A stretch of DNA of 63,795 nucleotides, filler included, from Reticulomyxa filosa (GCA_000512085.1; 14 parts of 14 records of this genome joined end to end with filler, not necessarily neighbours in it), one strand, 5' to 3'. Positions 50,816-63,795 are shown, counted from the whole stretch's first letter. Notes: a model not told the origin generated them from the sequence alone. Made by a program: numbers and translations.

Positions 50816-51366
50816 CAATGTTTAAGAAAGGTGATTTGAACTGTATAAATGAAAATAGAAAAAAGAAAAAGGGGAAATGTGTTCAAAATTTGAGCAATTG
50901 TCAAGTGATGATTTTGAAAATCCAAGGAAAAATGATTTAAACAATGGAAATATTCATGCGATAACTTATGTTGATCATCATNNNNNNNNNNNNNNNNNNN
51001 NNNNNNNNNNNNNNNNNNNNNNNNNTTAATTAATTAANNNNNNNNNNNNNNNNNNNNNNNNNNNNNNNNNNNNNNNNNNNNCAAAGAATTGTTTTCAGTA
51101 AAATTGCATGTCATGTACTTGTGATGTCCTCAAATATTTTATTTTCATTTCAAGGTTTTTTCTACACAAAGTGAAACGATAATTGACATAGTTATATAAT
51201 GCAGAAAAACAAAATCAAGTGCCTCACTTGGCGCACAAAAGCAGGATTGTTAATATTATTCAAGAGAAAGGACTACCCAAAAAATATCAAATAGAAACAA
51301 AAACCAAACATTGGAGCTATAGAAATTGATTTAAATTTGTGTTAATTTTTTTTTTTATATAAGAAA

Positions 51367-51696
51367 TTATTTCGGAGTTTTGGAAAAATCAATTTGCATG
51401 ATTGGAGGCAAGTAAACACCTTTAGCATCCAAGTCAGATGGGGTGATGTCACTGTCACCAGCAACAACCTTGTGTTGTTGAGCACGTTTTTGTAGTATTT
51501 CCTCGTGGTGTTCATCAATCCAACGTTTGATTTCCTTATCACGTTCGCAGGCACTAGTAAGAGACGCGCATTTGAAAATGGGACGGAATTTGTTTTGAAA
51601 ATAGTCATGATAACGTCGAATGATGAACAGCAAGGGAATCAAGAAAGCAGCTTCCCAATATGCTTCCTTCAAAATGAAAAGTCCGATCATCGTAAA
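51367..51696 (-). CDS. Terminal exon of a CSC1/OSCA/TMEM63 (ERD4-like) channel
   Basis: After acceptor TGTAG: FTMIGLFILKEAYWEAAFLIPLLFIIRRYHDYFQNKFRPIFKCASLTSACERD...YLPPIM, matching the last two TM helices and tail of this family. Confidence 0.7.
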   Translation of the reverse strand, partial: FTMIGLFILKEAYWEAAFLIPLLFIIRRYHDYFQNKFRPIFKCASLTSACERDKEIKRWIDEHHEEILQKRAQQHKVVAGDSDITPSDLDAKGVYLPPIMQIDFSKTPK

Positions 51697-52437
51697 CTAC
51701 AGATACACAAAAAAAAAAGAGTCATAACATTTTATGTACATACACATACGTACATTATATAATGTAGTGTTTGCAATGCACTGTTCTAATGTGCAGATTT
51801 CTAATCAAGTCTGCTTAAAATAGTTTTTTTGATAAATATAACCAAAAAATTTGAATTAAAGCAACATTTATGTCCCAGTTTTAATCAAAAAATGTTTTGA
51901 TACATCAATCGTATTTTTGTAATTGTTAAAAAAATCGTTGAACTCTTTTATCAGTTTGTTCAAAAAAAAAATATATATTGAATAGAAGAAAGGATCTAGA
52001 TTTTTTTTTGTTATCTCACATAGTGATTCCAATCTAAAAATACTAGAACTCTCATTGTCATTTTTCGTTTGTAATTGGATCAAAGAAGACTGTTCCTCAG
52101 TCGGATGAAGTGAAAAATATCAATCATGCAAATTTTGGCATTTCATATAATCAATACTAAAATTTAACAATAGAAATCTTGTTTTTGCATTTAAGATATG
52201 CACAAATAATCAATATATAAAATTCACAATTTATCAAAAAATTGATAACAGTTTTCAAAAAGGAACTTTTTTCCTTTTTTTTTGTTTGACGACGTGCGAA
52301 AACAAAAAAAAGAAATGACAAGAAGAGCAAAATAATTNNNNNNNNNNNNNNNNNNNNNNNNNNNNNNNNNNNNNNNNNNNNTTAATTAATTAANNNNNNN
52401 NNNNNNNNNNNNNNNNNNNNNNNNNNNNNNNNNNNNN

Positions 52438-52474
<37 letters not shown>

Positions 52475-52480
52475 GTAACA

Positions 52481-53497
52481 TTAAACATTATTTTTGGAGA
52501 CGATCATGGAGGCTTGAGACTCTTCAGACCACAGCTGCAAGATCAAAGGCCTTGTTTCGACAAGACATTGAGTGACAGAGTTGAAAAAGCACGTGTTTCC
52601 CAAATTGGTCAGCCCGACAATGCCAACGTAGCCACTGGACACGCTCGACGTCATTTCGACCATGTCATCTCGGTTCAGTGCCGACCACTTTTCCACCAGT
52701 GCCGCACGTTCTTGCTCCGTCATTTCGGGCGTTTTCTCACTCGATTCTGTCCTTGACCTCTTTTTCGAGTCCGTTTGCGACTCTTCGTCATCTTCTCTGT
52801 CTTTGCCTTTACCTTTGCCTTTGCCTTTGCTTTTGGCATTGTTCATCTTTGCGTTCAGTTTGCCGGATTTCATGTCTTTTTGATACTGATCATTTTTTAT
52901 TAATAAGTTTATATATACACATATATACATATATGCATGTATATATATATATTTTTTTTTTTTTTTTTTTTAAATTTATTTTAACAAACTTGTCGAAACA
53001 TTTTGGTCAGCTTTGGCTTCAACACGTCGAGTATGGCGTTAATTTTGCTGGAATTCTTTGGGAGGATAACTTCGGACCAAAAGGCGTCGCATTGATAGCA
53101 CCACACGACGAGGTACTCTTCGAATTGCTGTTGCATGTCCGGACTGTTCATGTAGTCGTTCACTGACGGCACGTTGAGCACCAACGCGTGCTTCGCTCCT
53201 TTAAAATGTCCGATGCCGTGTTGCTCCGTTGACTGCCGAGAGCAGTGCGTTTTCCCACAGTCCAGACATATCACCAATGCCTTTTCATACATACAATTCC
53301 ATGCGTATATGCATGCACACTTCATTCTGAGGAGGAGAAGGGGGGGAAAAAAGGAACTTCAAAAAAAAGGGGACAGAGAGAATTTTGTCGTTGTTAATTA
53401 AAAAAAAAAAAAACAACACCTGATAGGATTGAATGACTCACATTTCTATTGCATATACACAGAGAAAAAAAAAAAAAAGTTTTTGCTTTTTTTTTTT

Positions 53498-53529
<32 letters not shown>

Positions 53530-53771
53530 ANNNNNNNNNNNNNNNNNNNNNNNNNNNNNNNNNNNNNNNNNNNNTTAATTAATTAANNNNNNNNNNNNNN
53601 NNNNNNNNNNNNNNNNNNNNNNNNNNNNNNAGATATTGCCAACAAGGGACTCAATCTTGAGTTCGAAGATGATGGAACAAACAATCCTACTTCGACTGCG
53701 GGCTGCCTTTGTTGATTTTTTTTTTTTTTGCGCACCTTCATCTTTACAGTACACTTCATTTGCGTGTCCAT
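52481..53771 (-). CDS. Ubiquitin-specific protease with ZnF-UBP domain (USP16/USP45-like), 5' part, interrupted by gaps
   Basis: ZnF-UBP ICLDCGKTHCSRQSTEQHGIGHF...HALVL...VWCYQCD; Cys box GLTNLGNTCFFNSVTQCL. Confidence 0.88.
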
Positions 53772-54317
53772 TCACTGTGCTTTTTTAAAATTATTATTAT
53801 TATTTTGATCCCTCCTTCTCCTCCTCCTCTTTTCCTCAGAGAAACAAACAAATCTTTAAAAAATGTTTGTTTGTTTTGCTTTTTTTTTCTCATTTGAAGC
53901 GGTCAGTTCAAATTTGTGTTTGTTCTTTTTTGCAAAGCCTTGCGTGCTTCACTGCGACGTTGTACAAATGAAAAAGAAAAAGGCATTCTATTGTGTAATT
54001 TTGTTACTTATTTGATTTCAAAGTCACTCTGCTGCTTTGTATTGGTTTCGCATTGACATATCGACACAAAAAAAGTAGACGCACGGCCACTATGAAATCC
54101 ATCATATCTTAGTCCTTCTAAAAATTTTATGCTTGCCTTAACTTAAGAAGCAGTTTGAAAAAAACTAATGCATTAAAATCTGAGAGTAATCTAAGTTCAC
54201 ACGACACTGCCAAAGTTGGTAATGAAAAGTGTCGTGAGTTTTTGACAAGGAACAACGTACATGTTGACGTTTTGACCCAACAACACAAAACTCATTTTTT
54301 TTTAGCTCAAGTGAGGA

Positions 54318-56755
54318 ATGAATTGGTTTAGAAGAAAAGCAAATGGTAAAACACATGGCTGTGAACATTTTTTAGTAAAATTTAAAAAGGGTGGTCACTG
54401 CAACGCACTAAAATCACACAATCTCAAACAGGAGAAAACGAAGCGCCAGACAAAGCAAAGCAATCACAAACAGGACAAAACGAAGTTCTAAATAAAGAAA
54501 AACAACTGCAAGCAACACAAAACGAAGCGCCAGACAAAGCAATGCAATCACAAAAAGATGTCCCAAATGAAGAAAAACAATTTCAAATGGAACAAAAGGA
54601 AGACCTAAATAAAGAAAAAAAAGAGTTTAAATTCATGGCAGCAATTGACTTTGGGACAGACGGGACCGCAATAGCAATACGGGAGATAACTGCACCAGAT
54701 GTGCATATGATAACAGATTGGAATGCAGCAAGCACAATTGAACAAAATGACGGTGTAGGAAAAACAAAAACATCCCTACTGTTAGATGAGTCCAATAAGC
54801 CAATTGCATTTGGGAATCAAGCTTGGAATCTGTTAACTTCATTTTACAAATAAACAAATGGAAAAATTGATTTTAGCGTTTTTACTTTTTTCGAATTTGA
54901 CATTGCATACATATATATATATATATTGTAATAGATTCGTTACAAAAAAGGACGAAAAGTGGTTATTGGTTGACAAATTTAAAATGTCTTTATTTGGTTG
55001 GTGTTTATTCTTTTTTTATTTGTTTATTTCCCTTCTTCCTTCAAATGTGGTTCTCCAATAATCCTTTAAAAAATAGAGCCAGAAGAAAAATCAGCTCCAA
55101 AACGAGATGCGAAAAAACAGTTACAATCGGTGAACGAAGTATATATTGATAGTAGTATCGTGTTTGTTGGGGCACTCGAACACTGTAAAATTACAACAAT
55201 GCAATATTTCCAAAAAATTTTCTCTAACGTACACGACGAAGATATTCAATGGGTGATAACAGTGCCGGCATTTGGGAGTGAAAAGGCAAAAGGACAATGA
55301 AACAATGGGCTCAACAAGCCAATTTATGGAGTCCCTCCATCCCTAATCAATTGATCATTGCACTGGAGCCCGAATGTGCAAGTATTGCTATGATGCTTGA
55401 GATGAAAGATAAACAAAATAAATTTCAAACAGGAGATTGTTACATGCTTTTGGATTTGGGAGCAGGGACTGCTGATATGGTGTGTCATGAAATTACTGGA
55501 CCATTTGAAGTGAGGGAAATGATTGCCTCCTTTGGAGGGCCTTGGGGAAGTCATTACATTGACCAAGATGTCAAAACAATCTTTAACAAAATATTTGATG
55601 AAGAAAGAATGAAAAAATTTCAAACAATTCATCCTAAAGATTACTTGCATCTTTCGCGGAATATCGAAAGCAGCAAACAACGATTTTTCAAAATCCCAAA
55701 AGAAGACGGAATACATCGCATTGAAATTCCATATGAATTTGATCTATTCATGCAAAAAAATATCGATGGAAATTTGGAAGATTTGGTTGCCAAATTTGAA
55801 TATCTTGAGGAGTCGGGGTTTGCTATTTGTTTATGTTTTATTCTTGTTTTTTGGAGTATGTAATGATTTATTGGCTTGTATGGTGAAACCACTGTAACAG
55901 ACATGAATATGATCATGAATATCTATCACTTTCTTGTAAATTATGGAAGAAATTGTTTGATTTGAGAATTGATGAAATAATTAAAAAAATGGATAAAATG
56001 TTGAATGAAAATGAAAAGATATTGAATGAAAAATTGAAATATGTGTGTTTGGTGGGTGGATTTAGTCAATCTCGCTATTTACAACACAAACTCAAACAGA
56101 AATACGAATCAAAATACAAATTTATAATTCCTGAAAGACCCATTTTATCAGTAATTGAAGGAGCTGCTCAATTATCAAGAATCCCTTCTTTCATCACTTC
56201 CAGAATTGTCAAATACACTTATGGAGTTGGCTGTAGCATTTCAATCGAAAAAGCTCAATCCACGGAATCGATGAAGATTATATCAATAACCACAACTATA
56301 TTAGTGATATTGACAACAAAAAGTATGTTAGTAATTGTTTCAGTGTATTTGTGAAAAAAGGTGAAGAAGTGAAAGTGGGACAAGTTAATATTTGAATATT
56401 TGTTGCGATCAATTGTTATGTTTCAATCATCACATGTTAATGACCTTTTATTTCATAGATGTTTCAAAAGAGTTATACTAAACATAGTAAAAGTACTAAA
56501 AATTCAGTTACTCGAATCTATCGTAGTGAGGAAACAGATCTAGCAGTAATAACAAAAGAATGCGAATATTTGGGAAAGATTAAAGTTCCATATCCAAAAG
56601 ATTTTGACGATATGAAGGATAGTTCGTTTACTCGTTTTTATTTTGGTGAATCAATGATTCGAGTGACAAAGACAATGAAAGGAAAAGAGTATGTTGAGCA
56701 AGAAGTGCAAATTAAATATGATTTTGATGACCTGAGTTTGGATGCTCTTGGCTGA
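54318..56755 (+). CDS. HSP70-superfamily HSPA12-like protein, multi-exon, with two apparent frameshifts (may be a pseudogene)
   Basis: AAIDFGTDGTAIA, KTKTSLLL, IQWVITVPA, LIIALEPECAS, YMLLDLGAGTADMVCH, GGPWGSHYID, VCLVGGFSQSRYL, SVIEGAA. Frameshifts near 55296 and 56260. Confidence 0.85.
54420..54622 (+). repeat. Tandem ~42-nt (14-aa) coding repeat at the HSPA12 N-terminus
   Basis: AAAACGAAGCGCCAGACAAAGCAA occurs twice, 84 nt apart, with an intervening variant. Peptide QTGENEAPDKAKQS/QTGQNEVLNKEKQL/QATQNEAPDKAMQS. Confidence 0.8.
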
Positions 56756-57013
56756 ATTTATGTATTGAATTATGAGTGATGTGTTGTGTTGAATAAAATG
56801 AAATATCTATCATACTAAAAGAGATCCTTTGTTGAAAAANNNNNNNNNNNNNNNNNNNNNNNNNNNNNNNNNNNNNNNNNNNNTTAATTAATTAANNNNN
56901 NNNNNNNNNNNNNNNNNNNNNNNNNNNNNNNNNNNNNNNATATATATATATATATATATGTATGTATAATACTGACTTTTTGAATGTTTGAAAACGGCTT
57001 AATGAAACATTAG

Positions 57014-58735
57014 AACGTCCCGCAATTAGTATTGCAGCTAGTGTATGGCTCGTTATACAGTCCGAACAGCTTCACCAATGCAGTATTATTGTTTTCCATA
57101 ATCACGTCCATATTTTCGATGATTGTGTCCACACTGGACGTGATAGCGGCGAAGCTGATGTTGCGAGGTCTGAAGCGTGGCGACCAGGTGCCCGAGTGGC
57201 TGAACATTTCATTCGCCGTCGAATCGACCGAGGTGAGCAAGCGAGGCAAGAATTTGCAAATCACCACGCTGCGATTGCGAAACAAATTAGCCAAAATATT
57301 CCAAGTTGATCCACATGCAATCGAGGTACATTGGCCTGTGCGCATCAGCAACGGCTTGAAAATATCTTTGACTGTCGCCACCGGAACAAGGACCAGCGCA
57401 CAAATTATTGCCGATTTTGACATGGCCATTGAAAAGCAAGAAATTGTCCAAGTTTCGTTGTTTTTTTTTTTTTTTTTTTTTAAATTAGTAAATCTTATTT
57501 TCCAAATATTTTTGGTAAATAAGTAATAATCATCTTATACCTTGAACCAAAAAAAAAAAAAGCAAGTTAAACATGCATGGCGTCTACAAACGGACTGCGA
57601 AATCAAAGATATTGAAGTGAACATATTGAGCAACGATGCCGTCCACAAGATTTATCAGAAAGCGGGTGCGTCGTTGCCGGCACTAAGTAATGGCGAAGTC
57701 AAGATACGCCTGAGCATATTCAAACCCACTCCACAGGGTGCCGTGGAGATGCAGACACAGTTGAACTCGTCCATTGTAAACAGCTCCAAACAACCTCTCA
57801 TCCACTCTCACTCTGAACACTCGCCCGATCATTTACACTCTTTGCAATCCAATCCAAAGACAACCAGCGCGTCTGATGCGGATATTGCGCACGTTCAAAT
57901 ACTTAATGCTGTCGCAAAGTTTGCTGTTAGCAGTCCCAATCTCGGGTAATTTACTTCCATTTTCTTCTGAACAATATCATACATACATACATATATGTAT
58001 ATTTTTAAAAATGTAAACAATAACAAAAGGCAAGCACAAGGGAACGAAGAAGAGACTCCAAATCCAGATCGCAAGAAATCAAAAGAGAAACACGGCGGCG
58101 GCGGCGGCGACGACGACGGCAGCGGCAATGAAGACGACGAAAATTCTTCGGATAGCTACGATTTTGCAAAGCGAACGCAAGAGGCACTGTTTCAAATGAC
58201 TCAAAGTGAACAGATATTAACGAAACACAAATCTGCCAAAGTCTCCGAAGTGATTGTCACGGAACATCTTCAAAACGAAGTTAAAAGAGACCAAGACACT
58301 GTTGTTGTCAATGCCAAATCCTCAGGTCTGGTCCAAGTACCAAACAAGCCATCCCGAAACACTGTTAGTGTTGTATCCAGCGATAAACAGGTAGTTATCG
58401 AAAACAATGACGCTGGCAAAAAGTGGAAAGTGGCAAAGCGGATTAAACATGCTGTTCCCGAAGAAAAGGAAGTTGGAATACTTAGTGATACTCCTGGCAA
58501 TATCCTTGATGATACTCCCAGCGGAATCGTTGACGAAAATCCAGGCGGGGATTCTCGGGCCCCAGATGCAGATGCTCAGGCTCCAGGTACGGAGAACAAC
58601 CGAAACTCGGAGGCACCTACTACCAATGTCGAAGAAGGAGAGGGCTACGAGGGACCTGCAGAGCAACCTGGAGGTGCACCGAATCAGGACGAGACTCCAA
58701 ATGGTCCAGACAGTATCAAACAGGATGTGGTGTAG
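57014..58735 (+). CDS. C-terminal part of a multi-pass membrane protein with an XK-like (E)NVPQLxLQ motif, an alpha/beta cytoplasmic domain and an acidic disordered tail
   Basis: NVPQLVLQLVYGSL...AVLLFSIITSIFSMIVSTL; introns at 57452-57562 and near 57946-58029. Confidence 0.6.
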
Positions 58736-60159
58736 AAATACGGAATTGTTTTGTTTGATTTTGTTTAATTCAGTGACGAGCTTTCCTGATTTTCTACTTG
58801 AGGAGAGGGAAAAGGGTTAGTTGTGGTCAATTTTTTGTGTAGAATCACATTTGTTTGAAAGGGGATTTTGTGTATTGATAGTCAATATAAACAGAGTCAA
58901 TCCTGGGTGACATCAAAGCGGTATGAAAGATACCTCTTTTATACATTTACAGCAGTGTACTTTCTTTGTTTTTCTTCGGGCTCTCCGCAGTAATGTTTCA
59001 TTACTTTAAATACACTTTTTTAAATATATTACCTGATTTCCCAAACAAACAAATGTCCTTTTCGATGAAAAGTGAATCAAAGTGAATTTCTGGCCAAAAT
59101 TCGTATTCAATGTTTTATTTTCATTAATTATTCATCAAAGAATATCGTGTGTGCACAATAGCAAAAACATACGCATTTTTTTTTGCATAACTTCAGTATT
59201 TTTATCTATAATTGTAGTATTAGTTTTGTTTTAAAAAGTGTTATTGTTTTTCGCTTAACAAAAAAAAAAGAAAAGTGTTAATGACTCCATTTAACATTAA
59301 CACTTTGCTTGTTGTAACCAAACTTGAAGAGAGATTCCTCGTACAAAAAGTATACAATCGCCGACAAGTGAGAGCATGACAACTAAAACTTCAGAGATGA
59401 TTGATCAAAATAAGTCAAAAATGCAATTAAACAAAACACAAGAGAAAATGGAGGGAATAAAAAAGAGTATAAAGCATTTTTTCATTACAATACTTGTATG
59501 CAAATGAATCTTACTCTACACAACCCACAAGAACAACGAATGATAATATTGTTAACAACAATTTCGTTCATTATCAAGCATCTACGTCAAATCAATCTAT
59601 ATCTTCGATATCTTGTAAAAATCGGATTCGATTGCAAGTTAGGCCATTGAGCACAGACATTGTATATCTCTTTGATCACTCTTTTTATTTAGTTAATTTA
59701 TTAAAATGAAAAGTTTCTCAGCATTCATTCTTTTCAAAAGTGTTTTATAATAAAAATGAAATATTTATCTCATTAACATTATTTCTAATATGTTGGTAAT
59801 GTTTCCACAAATTTTCAATTATTATGTGTTATCTTTGCATGAAGATATTTATATAAGAATTTTGTAAATAATAAAAATAAAAATATTCTTGCTCAAAGCA
59901 ACACACTTTCAAACCAAAAATCGTTATAATTATTATTTATCTAAAAAAAAANNNNNNNNNNNNNNNNNNNNNNNNNNNNNNNNNNNNNNNNNNNNTTAAT
60001 TAATTAANNNNNNNNNNNNNNNNNNNNNNNNNNNNNNNNNNNNNNNNNNNNTGTGTATTCATGTGTTATTTAAATTGCACAAAAGTGACACTAAATTTCA
60101 GCCGGTGACACTGAATGTCCACAGTTGAGACAAATTTGTATGTATGTTTATATTGTTCA

Positions 60160-60315
60160 AACTACATCAACTCTACGCACATCTTACATTGGATTTGTTG
60201 TGGATGAGGAAAGGCTGCACGTTCACAGGAAACACTGCCACATTATATGGAGGAGTTGTTGCTGCAGTTATTTCTTTGATTTTTTTTTTTTTTAAAATAA
60301 ATCAAAACATCAAAC

Positions 60316-60352
<37 letters not shown>

Positions 60353-61485
60353 TAGGCAAACTTTAATATCTCAATGGCAAACTCAAAGTTTGTGGGCAAA
60401 CATAATAAAAACGGAGAACTGAAATCGTGTGCGAAGCAAGGCGGATTTATTGGGATCGGAACAACAGATGCGACAATAGACAACAATGTGCGACTATCAA
60501 ACGTGACGATGCACGGAGGAGGCAGCGAGGTTGGCGGGGCGATATTGATTCGTCACACGGTGGATACGGCTTTGAATATCGAATTGACCGACGTTCGCTT
60601 CGACGGAAACAATGCGGTGCAATTGGCCGGGAGTTCGGACATTGGCTTATTTCAAAACTATGAAAACAAATTGCAATTGGCGTTACACAACGTGTCGAAG
60701 ACAATAAAGGCAGTATCGTGGCCGCATATTATCCAATTCGACTTATTTTCCAATGCAAAGGCAACCACGCACTTGACGAGCACCTATCCCAATCGTCTCA
60801 TCGTAGGCGTGGTTCAAGCAATTGATATCTTTCAGCAGCAATACCTCCCAATGAAGTATTGTGATGTGGATGGAGTGTGTTCGTTCGTCAGCTTGGAGTT
60901 GCACTGTGTCACGAGCTATTCCTCAGAGTCGTGTCCCGTTTCTCAACAGATATTGAGTCCATATTTTGCAAGTGCATTAGGCAATATTTCTTTTGTTGTT
61001 GTTCCTGTTAAGTGATCGTGGATAATCATATGTCGCTTTTTTTTTTTTTTTCAATTGCTATCAGTCACTATTAGTTGTCGTTGTTGCTGTCGCTCTTGTG
61101 TTCACAGGGCAATTTGAACGAAAACGTAACGATATCATTGGCATGCAGTAGTATGCTGTCCGGGTCCGTGTGTCCAATGAACCAAAGTCTAAAGAGTAGC
61201 AGCTTCGCGTTTTCCAAATGTCCAACGCATCTCGAAGCGCAAGACTACAATGGCGACAAAAACTGGTTCGAATGCGATGACATTGTCATTCCCAACTTTG
61301 ATTTCTCTCGAAAGCTGTTTGAAAAGCCTCTCATCCTTGCCGGCATCATTGTGTTTATTCTTGGATTGCTTTTGCTTACCGCCTTGGCGCTATTACACGA
61401 TCTTCAAAAGCTTAATTGTAACTACTTTGTCCATCATCCTGTCGAATACAGCAATGTTCTCTACTCACACTTATATTATATACAC

Positions 61486-61523
<38 letters not shown>

Positions 61524-61684
61524 ATATGTATATATGTATATATTGTGTATATGTTTATTTATTTATTTTTATATATGTTTGTTTCTCTTCCACAAATCGT
61601 TACTGCAATCTTTATTTTATTGTTTGATATGAAAGCCGATCGCTATGCTGTTTTACGTGATCAAAGTTGCTGATCTTTTCACTG
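60160..61684 (+). CDS. Membrane protein fragment: ectodomain with PMP/pectin-lyase-like GGA(I/V) and FxxN repeats, Cys-containing stalk, then first TM helices
   Basis: FTGNTATLYGGVV, EVGGAILI...RFDGNNA; TM PLILAGIIVFILGLLLLTALALL; next exon PIAMLFYVIKVADLFT. Both ends lost in gaps. Confidence 0.6.
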
Positions 61685-63795
61685 GTAATTTATGTGAATA
61701 CAATCAAAGGAGTAGTATTCCTTGTTTTTTTAAAAAAAAAGAGTGTACACTTTTGTATTGGTTTGACGGGAACACATAACAAAAAAAAAAAAAAAAAAAA
61801 AACGATGCAATGTTATGCCTANNNNNNNNNNNNNNNNNNNNNNNNNNNNNNNNNNNNNNNNNNNNTTAATTAATTAANNNNNNNNNNNNNNNNNNNNNNN
61901 NNNNNNNNNNNNNNNNNNNNNCGTTTACAATCCTAACTAAGCTCTGTCATTGATTTGTCGTTTGTGATCCTCATATCAAATGTTAATTGTAAAGTAAAAA
62001 GGCAATGACGATAAGTGAAATGTTAATGTTGTGTAATTAGAAAAATGGACTTCATTTTGAAAATTCGAATATTCTCAAACAAAAATTTTTAAAAAGCTTA
62101 TCTTCACACAATCGATCATATTCACAAAATGCTTTTTGTGACAAGTACGTTTTATCTTGTACTTGTATTGCAGAAGATTGCTTGATATCATCTCGTATTT
62201 GAGTTTTTATTCACAACTTCTATTTACTTGAAGAAAAAATCGAATTGAAAAAAGTGAACTTCAATTTTGAACAATGAAATCAGCAGAAAACCAATTATTA
62301 AAAAAATACCTGTCACTAGTGCTTGAATCACATGTTGTAATTTAATATTTTTATTTACAAAACTTCTTTATTTTCCTTTTGTAAAGTGTTACACTGTGTT
62401 GATAGAAAAGATTTGCATTGTTTCCAAAAAAAATAATGAAAATATAAGTTGCACATGAATTTTCTCATCAATACAACTTTACTATATTCAATTTCTTTCT
62501 TTTTTTTTATCTTCTATCAGCATCCAACCCAAAACTTAACAAGTGAAGTGCTTTTGCATTTGCCACTATCCCAGTAAGCAATTTATCGGATGAATTTACA
62601 AACTCGTGTTAACTGGATATCTTACGAAGCATCCACAAATTGCCAGTCATAACAATGTCATAAAAAATACTGCATTAAATCTAGATCGAGCATAATGTAT
62701 TTTTGCCTTTCCCTATTCGAAAAAGAATTTCAAACAAGAAAACTAATTTCCTTAATCAAACAATTGTATACAAATTGCCAATCAAGTATTCCACTTCTTT
62801 GTCGTTAAATTTATTTCACTTGATTTATCGCTTTGTTTTCTTCTTCAGTAAAAAAATTTAAGACTTATTTAGTTGACACAAAATAAGATCAAAAGTAGTC
62901 ATATCCAATAGAAAGCAAAGATATTAAGTCAGATTCACTAGCTGGTAGACATTCCAACATGGAATTGTTATCAAGCAAGGCATTATAGATACAAAAATAA
63001 AAAAAACGGAACCGACCCCTTTTTGAGCGCCTTTTCAGTTGTGTAATTTTGTGTTCAATTTTTCAGTAGAATTTTAGCTTTAGCTATTTTTTAAATATTC
63101 TTCATGAGCATAGCATGTAACGAATTCTTGTTAGTTTTTGTCCTTGTTTAGAAAAAGTTCCAGTTTTCAAAAAAAAGGAATTTCTTTGCCCCTTTATCGA
63201 AGTATGATTACGAAAGTTAAGAAAAATGATTAGAGATCCTGACACTACGATGATCAAAGCACAAAAGGATTAATATTTTTGGACACACCAGCACAAGTTA
63301 GGATACACTCAGTTTTTTTTTGCTGAACACAATTTTGAATGTTGATTTGTTTTTCAACATAGCGATCCAATTTTATGTCAAGTTTTTATACTCACAAATG
63401 CTGTATCTACAATGAAACTAATTGTAATTTCAAATACTTTCAATTTAAAAAGGCGTAGCAAATTCTCTGTGATCATTGTATTGTGTGATTTTTGCAATAC
63501 TTATTTTTACTGATTTGCTAGCAATTGAAGATTCATAAATTATTGGTTAGTCCTGTATTATTGTTGTTTACTTTGCTGGCACTAGGACTTCCACTTTTTT
63601 GTCAAAAAACTCTTTGTTTATTTTGAACATAAGACTATTTTTTTGTTGTTGTATTAGTATACAAAGCGACACCACTTTTCGTGTCTATCTTAAAGCTGGC
63701 CCTTTCGGCTCGGGATTTTTTTCTTAGGTTGCACATTGACGCATTATAAACTTTTTTTAAAGATACATTGCATAAAAATGTTTTTAAAAGTTTAT

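Noticed and set aside
14521-55300. Programmed ribosomal frameshifting or RNA editing behind the many frameshifts (14521, 17987, 26526, ~28265, ~33497, ~55296)
   Set aside because: Nearly all lie in homopolymer runs, go in both directions and share no slippery motif. This is typical of pyrosequencing-type indel errors.
20190-61921. Regularly recurring TTAATTAATTAA palindrome as a biological repeat or CRISPR-like array
   Set aside because: Always centred in exactly 44+44 N; it is an artificial six-frame-stop linker. Gene adjacency across these gaps is not guaranteed.

Overview
This is AT-rich, intron-containing eukaryotic nuclear DNA, not prokaryotic. It consists of 14 contigs joined by 13 identical artificial 100-bp spacers (44 N + TTAATTAATTAA + 44 N). 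The Kelch, WD40, HSPA12-like and SAM families and the Asn/Gln low-complexity tracts suggest a foraminiferan such as Reticulomyxa filosa (inference). Manual splicing gives about 25 genes or gene remnants: an RA-PH-RGS protein, a LARP6-like protein, two CAP-Gly proteins, ERD2, a Siw14/OCA pseudophosphatase, a GLDH pseudogene, a SAM protein, an M17 aminopeptidase, a WD40 pseudogene, a possible RelA/SpoT-like nucleotidyltransferase, an extended profilin-like protein, a Cys-rich secreted DPBB (expansin-like) protein, a 3-hydroxybutyryl-CoA dehydrogenase, an NDR kinase, a Kelch protein, an OSCA/TMEM63 fragment, a USP16/45-like protease, an HSPA12-like protein and two membrane-protein halves. The most notable non-genic signals are: (i) introns with GTT donors, A-rich (not pyrimidine-rich) 3' ends and paired U-run/A-run hairpins; (ii) a family of ~220-260-bp TG...CA elements with 4-bp target-site duplications (solo-LTR-like); (iii) a MITE-like inverted-repeat element. 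All protein calls come from recognising motifs by eye; no database searches were run.
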